DNA of 60,677 nt, counting the filler, from Sphacelaria rigidula (taxonomy: Eukaryota): NCBI GenBank assembly GCA_964200075.2. It is 10 parts of 10 records of this genome, joined end to end, with 100 filler letters (N's around TTAATTAATTAA, not from the genome) between each part and the next. Parts side by side here need not be neighbours in the genome. Positions count along the whole stretch, not along the records: positions 1 to 5,979 come from CAXNAA020023048.1; positions 6,080 to 12,057 come from CAXNAA020023049.1; 8 more parts are not named here. One strand, 5' to 3'. The notes below the pieces were generated by a model. It made no database searches and had not been told where the DNA came from. It worked only from the letters and a program-made list of their open reading frames with translations. This document shows positions 1 to 9,701 of the stretch, piece after piece. Numbering within the stretch: the first letter of the stretch is position 1; each line of letters starts with the position of its first letter. A program made the translations under genes and the position numbers.

Positions 1-66
1 TACATATACCGAAAGGTATAGACTGGTGCCCAGAATAAATGGGACGACAACACACACACACACACT
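1..66 (+). mobile_element. 3' end of tRNA-derived SINE with (CA)n tail
   Basis: tagactgg..cagaataaatggg...(CA)n matches the 3' end of the SINE at 44359-44717. Confidence 0.6.
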
Positions 67-449
67 GTTTTTTTTGCGGTCGTTCGGCAACTATCTGAAA
101 AAAAGCGTTTCAGCTGAAACAATTTCAAAGAATGCAGCAACAACAACAACGAATCATGAACCGGACACCATTGAGGGCCCGTACAAACCTACCCAAGCAG
201 TCTTACGCGACAGAGGGAAGTAGATACAAGCATCCCCTTCGCGCAAATATCACTCTAGGTAAGCAACTCGTCAATCTGACATACCTCCTTTACAGGATAA
301 GCGTTGGGTACGAAGGTAGTGACACAAACCACGCTCATGATCCGAAATGACAGTCTCGTGCTGGAAGGATTGGTGAGGTCACGGTAGAGTTTGTGCGAGA
401 TAATATCTTCTGTGTGCAACTGAGCTGGCATACCCCGCCCTCTCCCTAA

Positions 450-953
450 GGGGTCGGCGTCGGTTGGCAACGACGCTGTAAAACAAGCCTCTCACTGCGT
501 AAGCTAGGGAACAAGGTCACCGTTTTCTCTACGCTTGCATTTCTTTTTCGCGGGGATCATGATGGTGATGGCGCTAGATCATATTTTGCGGGGTGGGAGA
601 ACCTCAACTCCGCGCAGAGGGGATGGTCGTACTACGTAATGTTGAAATGGTGAGACACCGAGACAGTGTGTGTGTGACCCGTGGCTGTCTCTAGGATCGG
701 CGATATGAAGAAATGAACCATCTCATTGTAGGCTGTGATCCATGTGCAAGATAATCAGAAGGCCTCGGTCTGAACAATCTGAGCGGGAGGCAGCTCACCC
801 TTCATGCGACTCGCCGAGCACATCACGGCGCTCTGTGCTTGGTGACTGATTGTGAGCCTGGTACGGTGACAACCCGGCGTGCTCCGTCCCGGCCTGGTAG
901 GGATGCGAGGTCAAAAGTCGTAAAACTGCGGCATGCAACATCATGAGAACAAC

Positions 954-993
<40 letters not shown>

Positions 994-1050
994 ACACACC
1001 CCCCCCCCCCCCCCCCCCCCCCCAAAAAACCCCCCCCCCCCCCCCCCCCC
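450..1050 (+). mobile_element. Dispersed short repeat family ending in a poly(C) tract; other copies or parts at 11838-12057 (+), 18081-18135 (-), 46420-46820 (+), 54701-54905 (+), diverged relative at 35425-35535
   Basis: Shared blocks gcagctcacccttcatgcgactcgccga, aacccggcgtgctccgtcccggc, gggatgcgaggtcaa and catgagtaca+C-run on five independent scaffolds; 455-607 matches 11905-12057. Confidence 0.8.
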
Positions 1051-3468
1051 GCCGGGCTCCNNNNNNNNNNTGGGGTTGGTGGGTACAAAGTGGAAAAAGG
1101 GCGGTTTCGAGCCGCCAAGAAACACTCCCCCCCCCCCCCCCCCTTCTTCAGCCAAGCGTCTAACATTACACATCCCGTGCACCACTCTCAACGCAAAATT
1201 ATTCCAGCGTCCGCCTCGACAAGTCCGGGTATAGAACTAGAATCCGTGTTCGAAGGCGATTTAGAAGCCATTCTCCAAGGTGGCGTCGTAGCCCTGGAGG
1301 GTCCAACACGTCCTTCATCGCACATCGATCCCGTAGCGTTTGGCGCTTTGACTGAACCGATGACGGACGAGGAGGTCACCGGCGCCGTAGAAGGCAAGGA
1401 CGGGGGCGAAAATGGCGTGGACGTAGATGGTCGGGATCTTAAGCACCAGCTGCTGCAGCAGCAACACGTGGAGCAGCCGGAAGGGCAGTTGAAGCAAGCA
1501 GACGTGGTGAAGCAGCCACAGGTGGGAGCAACGGTGGGCTTGAGCGCGTGGGGCACGAAAAATTGAAAAAAATGGTCTGTTTTGATTTTCATGTCGATGT
1601 GCGATGGCGTGTTCATTAACCCTCGACCCTTCCAGAAGGCTCTGACGCATCAAGAGAAGAGTTTTGAGTCGTCAAGAAGAACAGGTTTTGGTCGGGCTTT
1701 TCGCCCGAGATTTACCTACCCGATCGTCAATACTCGCATATATGGACAGCTTAACCCTTTTGTAACCGTTGGTGGAAAAGGGACGATTTACGATTGACTT
1801 TTTCTTGAGCAAGATATGGTTGTTGTTTTTTCTGCAAGTGTTGATGCAGCCCGCCAAGATGGTGCACCACTCTGAGTTCAAGTTTATTAATGTGACAGGT
1901 TCGTGCACCGAACTCAAAGTGACGTTTCCCCCATGACGAAAGTTCGCATATGGGAATTTTTACTCTTTTTCGCGAGTTCTATAAGGGATAAAGGGGTGAC
2001 AGCGCCGGGGATTTGTTGAAGGCCATAGCGGTGGCGCTGAGGGGAGGAAGGTACATCGACAAATTAGCGTTGTTCAAATTGTTCTTAAATTAGACGCACG
2101 AATTCCCCCCTCACAATTTTTACCCGATCTTCACGCGCTTCAAGTCGTAGTATATCGCCATCAGCGTAAGAAGAACAAATTTGAAAATGGTCACTACGGG
2201 ATCGAATTATACCTCAAACCATGATATTTCGGTGATGTTGTGTTTTGGCGTCGTCGGATTTCCATCTATGATATGCAGTGAATACCCACGAAGTCTCCTG
2301 ACGGCTTCCCTTTTCTCTGTCGTAGAAAAGCTCCGACCGCCCTCAAAGTTGGCAGTTTGGTGGGTATCGGTGCTCCAAATAGGAAATTTGATTGATTGTC
2401 GCACTTTTGACCCTTTGGCTGCGACGGTGATAGGTCAGCTGCTGAATCGGCATCAGTTTCACTAGAAAAAAAGTGTCGTGCTCCAGGTGGACTACGCGCA
2501 TCGCGGTCTAAGGGTTGACGTATCCCCCACGAGTCATGATCCAGTCGTACTCATTATCCACCTGATAGACGTACCCGAGACAAAACAAGAGTGAAACGTA
2601 ACGCTGAAGAAAAGCGAAGAAATCAGAAAAGAAAAAAAATGGAACAGATGAACAGAGTTAATGCATTTGTGAAATACTGCAGTTTCCCCCGCTCTTTACC
2701 GGCTCCCGGGGGTCGTGACGTGAAGACCTCCGGAAGCCAGTGCGGAATGCCTCAAGAAATGAAGAAAATAATGTACGCGTCCCGGAAAAAACCAAGGAAT
2801 ATATGTAGAAATTTCCGTCGCGGAACTGGAAAAACCGTTGCAATGGGGTTCGTTTTCACGAACCCCCAAAGGCGATTTTGATACTGAAATCAACTGGTTG
2901 GGAGTTTGAACCTCTGAAGCTTACTTCATCGCACCAACGCGAAAAACTTGACACCGTGTTTAGGAGTTAGAATCTGAAAATCTGCACGCAAATAACATGG
3001 GTCATCACATAAATTTCGAACAGAGGAGTCTTGCCGATGTTTTGTTTTTTCGCCGGTTATCGGGGGTCCCATGAGGGCATGCACTCTGTCAGGACCCTAG
3101 GACCCCTGGTAACCGATGAAAGAACAAAACAGGAAAAGAACCGCGACATATTGGAAAAAATTGGAATTATCCATTGTATGCGCGTGCAACTTTTGAGAGT
3201 CTTGACTCCAAAACACGGCGTGAAGTTATGTGGATGAATGCATTGTGGGTGATGACCGTGAGCAAGCCTGTACAGTATTGGATCGGGATGTTGCTCCCTT
3301 GCGGACTTTCGTCTTGGTCTCCGTGGTCGACACGGGCTAGTTTTCTCGAGCGCAAAGGAGACATGAACCTGTTATGCCCCCGAGCGGTTGATGTTGGTAA
3401 ACTCATGCGTACCACTGAACTCGACGGTGAGGGGAGTAAAGATTAGGCACCCATCACCCGAAACAGTC

Positions 3469-3905
3469 CACACTCTGGATAATGACAATACATGGTCAGT
3501 AGGTGCAGTAGACGGAAAGTGTACTGGGTAAAGTATAGGCCTGTTGCAACTATTATCGGTCGACAATCGCTGCAATAGGTCTATACTTTACCCAGCACAC
3601 TTTCCGTCTATTGCACCTTTTGACCATGTATTGTCATCATCCAACCGACAATAGCTGCAATAGGTCTATACTTTACCCAGCACACTTTCCGTCTATTGCA
3701 CCTATTGACCATATACTGTCATGACCCAACCGACAAAAGCTGCAATAGGTCTATACTTTACCTAGCACACTTTTCGTCTATTGCACCTATTGACCATATA
3801 TTGTCATGACCCAACCGACAAAAGCTGCAATAGGTCTATACTTTATCCAGCACACTTTCCGCCTATTGCACCTATTGACCATATACTGTCATTATCCAGG
3901 ATGTG
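3469..3905. mobile_element. Foldback MITE whose right arm is tandemly amplified 4x (85-bp unit)
   Basis: Inverted termini cacactctggataatgaca / tgtcattatccaggatgtg; tgcaataggtctatac units start at 3571, 3656, 3741, 3826; a further partial copy at ~29870-29970. Confidence 0.75.
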
Positions 3906-4534
3906 AAAAAGTCATTATCAATGGTTGGACGAATCGTCCAAGGTTCAAATCACCAAATCTAGCACATGTCGGAACAGGTCATGAGCTACAGTACCTAAAA
4001 TGGCGAATCGAAGAGGACGCTCGGATGCATTGTCCAAGAATAGAAATTGCGTGACAGCCGAGTCCGAGAGGCCGAAGCGCTACCTTTGCGCTGCTCCTCG
4101 TGTTCGGCATCCAGCGATGTACTGTAGGGAGTTAAAGTGAAGAAAGGGGTGCCAGAGGAGCTGTTTTAGCTCATGATTCGGATCGGTACATTTTTATTTT
4201 ATTTTATTTTATTTGTTGCCCTTCGAATCCCTCCCCTTTCTCAGGATGAGTCCGTCGTCTCATGGTCTACTAGTCTCGAGGGATCAACCCATCTGTCCCC
4301 GTTACACGCCTTGTATTTCGAACTCGCGGATTGGGTCAGCACTCCCGCGCCGCGTCAACTCTTGTCAAATAAACTCAGTCGACTACTTTGTTTACTCACG
4401 TTCTCACGCTTTCCATGGTGAAAATCAGACATTGCGAAGAAAAAACCCGGCGCACCGGGAATCGAACCCTAGTTCTCTCCACCCTAATGGCGACTGTCGG
4501 ACCATTACACCAACGGGTCGCACCAATAAGAAGC

Positions 4535-4761
4535 AATACCGTAATTGTGCGAGTCATCGCACACACCCCGGACCGAATTTCAAAGCTCGATTACTCTATG
4601 ACGAAGAGGGTGCCAATACTAAAGGATGCGTTTTCGGACAGGTATCGACGAGATCTTTCCAGCGTCACCCTTTTCAGAACTGATGATCTTCCTGCTGTGG
4701 AGTGATCGAGCTTTGAAATTCGGTCCAGGGGGTGTGCGATGACCCGCACAAATACGGTATT
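4535..4761. mobile_element. Foldback MITE-like inverted repeat
   Basis: aataccgtaattgtgcgagtcatcgcacac..ggaccgaatttcaaagctcgat is mirrored at 4700-4761. Confidence 0.7.
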
Positions 4762-4941
4762 CAGGTAGATCATGACCGGTCTAATGCGTGAAATCTACGA
4801 TGGATGAGGACTGATTGTTCGAAAGAGAGAAAAAAGAGTTGACCGAAAAGGGTCATCAAAGAAGTCTAGATGTCATTTTCGGGCTATTCCACGTGCCTCG
4901 CGTGCGGGTTCCTCGGGTTCAAAGGTGAAAACGAAACCCAA

Positions 4942-5372
4942 AACACGGGTTTTTACAAATTGGGGATAGATACTATATGGGGGATGAAAACCCGGAGAAT
5001 TCAAATCTTCGTATCCACACCAAAGCTTGGAAGTATGCTTCCATTTCTTCACTAGCTGGTAGCTATTGACTACTGCTACACGCCATACAAATTTGGATTT
5101 CGATAACCGAATTATCGGGGTCCTAGGTGAAAAACGAATTTTGGCGTCCGGTCGGACACCTTGAATTCCCCAATATTGGTCCTTCACCTAGGACCGCGAC
5201 ATTTCGGCTATCGAAATCCAAATTTGTATGGTGTATAGTAGTTGTCAATAGCTACCAGCAAGTGAAGAAATGGAAGTATCCTTCCAAGATTTGGTGTGAA
5301 TACGAAGATTTGAATTGTCCGGGTTTTCATCCCGAATAAAACATCTATCCCCAACTTGTAAAATCCCGTGTT
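4942..5372. mobile_element. Foldback MITE with ~190-bp arms and 4-bp CCAA TSD, nested in a decayed copy of the CACGG MITE family (~4770-5452)
   Basis: AACACGGG...CCCGTGTT termini; CCAA at 4938-4941 and 5373-5376; empty-site host sequence aaagcctaaggattgattcg seen at ~45150. Confidence 0.8.
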
Positions 5373-5979
5373 CCAAGGATTGATTCGTACGGTCCGAACT
5401 ACTCACACTTGAAGTGAGAAATTTTCAGACAAAAGTTATCGTCCGATCCTTCAAGTTGTACTCGCTAAACTGGGAGCGGTCCTCGCTGTACGGGAAACAG
5501 TCCTCGCTATTCTGGTAGTAAAAGGGCGCGCATGAAGAATGGGGCTGGATGACGTTGTAGTATGACGATCGGTCTCCTTGAACTGTATCGATTTTAATAT
5601 CCGACAGGGATGTGGAGTCATGCCACGGTAGGATTGTACAAAATATTTCTGGAGTTTGAATTGTTCAGAAGGAAACCCTTCATCTCGTCCAAAAGAACGA
5701 TTTGTGAAATTTGTGAGAACACGCCCCCACACTTGGGATTCCAATGCGCCAGGAGTGTATATCTCGAGTGATTTTGCGAACGGAGAATGTCCTGGTCCAT
5801 ATTCTTGACCGCCAGCCTAGGTTATCTGTTGGATCGGCATCACGAAACAGCAACGGATTAGAGTCATGCAACGAAGTGGAGATTGGGGGGGGGGGGGGGG
5901 GGGGGGGGGGGAGGGCAAACCCCACCCCGAAAATGGTAAAAAAAAAAAGGGGGAAGGAGCAACACCCTTTTTATTTAAA

Positions 5980-6079
5980 NNNNNNNNNNNNNNNNNNNNN
6001 NNNNNNNNNNNNNNNNNNNNNNNTTAATTAATTAANNNNNNNNNNNNNNNNNNNNNNNNNNNNNNNNNNNNNNNNNNNN
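5980..6079. other. Artificial scaffold spacer (N44-TTAATTAATTAA-N44); identical spacers at 12058-12157, 18136-18235, 24214-24313, 30292-30391, 36370-36469, 42447-42546, 48524-48623, 54601-54700
   Basis: Identical 100-bp spacers carrying a six-frame stop linker; intervening segments are 5979, 5978 (x5) and 5977 (x4) bp, i.e. length-sorted scaffolds. Confidence 0.97.
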
Positions 6080-7101
6080 AGCTTACAATATAGAGCCGCG
6101 GAGCCGGTCTGGCTAGACTAAACACTGGCTACAGTACTGGTTCCCGGATCGTTCCTGTCGGTACTTTGTACTGAACCGCACTGGCTCCTACCAGGCTGGT
6201 TGACTATATGCCCGAGAATGTACGTATGAGATCTATGTCCAATACATAATCTGTACACAGCGCAAGACAGACACGCGATTTTTCGGCGGAGGCCCAGCCT
6301 CAACCGTGGCGAAGTCGAGGTACAAGAGATTCCCCCCGATGGGTCGATCATCCGGTGCGGTACACAGGTTCGGGTACTCGAGTAAGTTCGATACACAGGA
6401 GGTCTTGCCCGTTCATTTTCTGATCCCGGATTCCAGAACAGTCGTTCCGGGTCTGCTCTTCCTTTGTCAGAGGGTAACTACAACAAAGACAACGAGTGAT
6501 ACCTGTACTTGATATTGTAATATTTTCCCGAAGACGTGTACAGCACGTAGGTGGTGAAATTGTGTCGATGTTAAAGTTTTCTTGTACAGCTCATTGTTGT
6601 AGTGACCTCCTCGCCCCGGATACATGACTTTTGTGTCTGACATTTTTATTGTTTGTGTCAGGGCAACTCTTGTCGGGCTGCTACTGTCGTCTGGATAGTC
6701 TGTACAGACAGCCGTGGTAAGAGTACTGTGTACTACGTGACCTGAGAGCACGTAGGAAAATGCGGTAGTCCAAGCCAATCAGCACTATGGAAAGCCCACG
6801 TCATGTCAAGCTAGGTGGACAATTTTTCGCGGGGGAGCATTACTGGCGTCTCGCTCTGTTGATCTAAGAATTTCTTACGCTAAGGCCCCGTCTTGACGCT
6901 GACAAAGAACTCACGTGTTTTCCTGCAATTGTTTTCCCGCAATTCTCCATTATGACAACTGGCGGTGGAAACGACGGTAGAACGAAAAACAGTCCAGGCG
7001 ACCGACGATCCATTTTTTCATTTTCGGCAATCCAGGGGTTGGGAATATGCTCACTCCTATATAAACCTAGTTCTCTCACTAACTCCTATACGAAGCGAAT
7101 C

Positions 7102-7400
7102 ACTTCATCTTAGAGTTGGAGAGGTGAGTTACTTGAACTGACATGGGTGAACCACGTCACTTGATCTTGAATTGGCTGAGAAAAGCTACTTGAACTTGAT
7201 ATTAGACTGTAACAGCCGAGGCACATCAATCCCTCGATCTTATAGTTTATAATTGGATCATAAGGTATGTTGCTTGAACTCAAAGTGGGAGAGACAGGTT
7301 ACTTGGGTTGAGCATGGGTAAGCCGCGCCACTTAATCTTGGATCAGCTGACGCGGATTACTTGAACTGAGTATAGGTAAACCAAATTACTTATACTAGAC
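7102..7400. repeat. Degenerate 29-bp-period array with conserved ACTTGAACT-like core and ~170-bp higher-order duplication
   Basis: Cores at 7102, 7131, 7159, 7188, 7272, 7301, 7330, 7359, 7388. Confidence 0.7.
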
Positions 7401-7421
7401 TAGCTGAGGCAAGGTAAGGAA

Positions 7422-7805
7422 TGTGGAAAGTGATGACGAAGGGGAGCGAAGCCGGGGAAAGAAGGAGGACAGAAGGGGGCAGGCGACAGCCACAGCGAGA
7501 CCCCTGAACAGGCTCCACGTTCAAGTCGCAGAGGCTGGCCGCAGATGCCAAAGATCCAGTGGTCGAAAATTGTATGAAAGAGACCTACGGGTTGCCCCAA
7601 GCTGCTGCGGGCTGCCTGTCCGGCTTGTATTGACTTATACAGGTAGGGTACTAGGTGCTCCGGTCAAGATGTACTCAGCACGCTGATAACGGATGGGGTA
7701 TCCACGATGAAGGCAACGGACGATATATTGCTCGAGGCGCCGAAGTATTGTCGAGTGCACTTTTTGGAGCTAGTCAGTTCGAGTAGTTGGCGTCTAGAGG
7801 CCACA
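7422..7805. mobile_element. Possible LTR (TGTGG...CCACA) preceded by a purine-rich tract
   Basis: 5-bp inverted termini and upstream gaggcaaggtaaggaa; no second copy in the window. Confidence 0.3.
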
Positions 7806-8546
7806 CAAGACAATAGAGATGAGAGGGAGTATTTGTCCACTGATATTTTTGTACGGGCATTTTTGGTTTTACCGTGCCCCACAATTGGACAGTGCCCCCG
7901 GAAGAGGTACGGATACCCCGTGTACCGACATGGTGTGAAAGCTCGAAAACTAGAGCAACAGTAGAGGCAGCGCTTGTGGGGCGACGGGAGGCACGTCGAC
8001 TGATGAAGGATAACCGGACCCCAGCAACGTGGAAAGCACTCAGAACCGCGTGTGAGCGGGTACGTACAGCAATGGATGACGGCGGTCATGTACATCTTGA
8101 GAGGTTTGTGGCGAGGCTAGAAGCAATCTACAAGTATCGCGACATAGGAGGCCTGTACAATCAAGAGATCGGTGGGTCTTGGCGGGAGGCAATCGGGGGG
8201 GCAGTAATTTGTCAAGGACAAAAACGGTATTCTGCTAAGGAACAAAGTATATACCCTTCTAAGAGGGTGGGCGAGGTTCTTCCGCATCTGCTCAACCACC
8301 ACAAGGGCCCACGCTGAACCCAGCCATTATCGACGAGGGGAGCAGCGACCGGCAGCACGATCTGCCGGAGATTCGGTACCACTTAGGTCAGCACTAACGC
8401 TGGAGGAGACCAGGCGAGAAATCGGGGGGATGCATGACTGAGAGACGCCGGGATACGACTCCCTCCTTGTAGAGCTACTCAAGATCGACGGCCGCGCCGA
8501 ACCCATCGTTCTCTAACGCCTCCATGCCATTCTCGTGGAGGTGTGG

Positions 8547-8866
8547 CAATAGTGTTCACCACTTGGTCGATGAGCACCTTCCTGGAATTTTATTACTTGA
8601 TTCGAGTGTAAACACCGATACTCCGACCTTTAGTGGAGGTGACAGCCCAATTCGCTCCTGGCGTGCGCAGAACGTGTTTTCGTCACAATCGGCGCCGCAG
8701 GCGCCGATTTGAGGTCTGCCAACGCCACATTTTGCTCAGGAAAGGTTTTGTACCCCCCTCGCCCGAGGGTTCTCAATATGTCTTGGGTTGGGGTTAGGGT
8801 CAGGGTTACTTCGAAAAAATATATTCCCGAGAAGCTTCTTCATCGACCAAGCGGTGAATATACCTC
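8547..8866. mobile_element. MITE nested in the LINE, with internal telomere-like GGGTTA units
   Basis: Imperfect TIRs tgttcaccacttggtcgatga / tcatcgaccaagcggtgaata; interrupts the LVEVW|NGREVPQEW reading; gggttggggttagggtcagggtt at ~8785-8808. Confidence 0.7.
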
Positions 8867-9331
8867 AGGTGGGAAACGGACGAGAGGTTCCGCAGGAGTG
8901 GAAATATGCTGCGATCAAAGTGCTGTGCAAGAAATCGGACAGATCCAATTGCAACAACTACGGGGAGATCTCACTGATCTCCCACCGGGGAAATTCTCCT
9001 GAAGATAGTGGCCACCCGTCCCAGCAACAACTGCGAAGCCCACGAGATCCTAAAGGAGGAACAGTGCGGTTTCCGACCTGATCGACCGACCGTCGATATG
9101 CAGTTCGTAGTGCGCCGGCTCCAGGAGCGGAGGCGGCGGCGGAGAATACCGTTGCACACGTACTTCGTCGACCTCCTGAAGGCCTAAGACTCGGTCGACC
9201 GAAAGCTTCTGGGGTAAGTGCTGCTCCAAGCTGGTATTCCGGATGAAATTATCGCAGCTATCCATCAATTCCACACTGGCACGCAGACCCGCGTACGCAT
9301 GGATGACGGGGAGTTCTTGGAATGGTTCAAG

Positions 9332-9701
9332 TGTGGTGGAAGACGCCTCTTTACAGTGACGCATCAGAAATTGATGCCACACAGGTATGAAGAACCAGCG
9401 CATGCAGGTAAAAGGTAAGAACTGTCCGAAAGGATAAGAATACCAGATCTCTGTAAGGCCAACGATACTAGACAACTCGGAGTGATACCGGTGAGACTCC
9501 GATATTACGGTGACCGAGCATATCCCGAGGAACAGGGTTCGCCTCGCGGTGATCACTTCTAAAGTCTAACCCCCTTCTTGCCTACATTACACAAGAGGAA
9601 ATCATCGCCAGCCTCGAAGTTCCTTCGGCATCAGGACGACATCTCCAACAACAGTCTTATCCGTAGGTCTCTGTCTACCCTATCGATACGCCTTCTTCTT
9701 A
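9332..9701. mobile_element. 370-bp solo-LTR-like insertion in the LINE RT
   Basis: Interrupts EWFK|VTQGLRQ; starts TG, ends TA; flanks caag / cgag as an imperfect 4-bp TSD. Confidence 0.6.

Noticed and set aside
933..1566. Poly-proline (formin/extensin-like) and poly-glycine ORFs
   Set aside because: They are translations of the poly(C) tail of a dispersed repeat and cross an N gap. The 3' part (~1200-1566) could be an exon but has no recognisable domain.
3571..3905. CRISPR-like arrays here and at 47385-47830, 56905-58100, 21285-22860
   Set aside because: Whole units are repeated with no unique spacers, three of the four lie within TIR-bounded elements, no cas genes are present, and the context is eukaryotic
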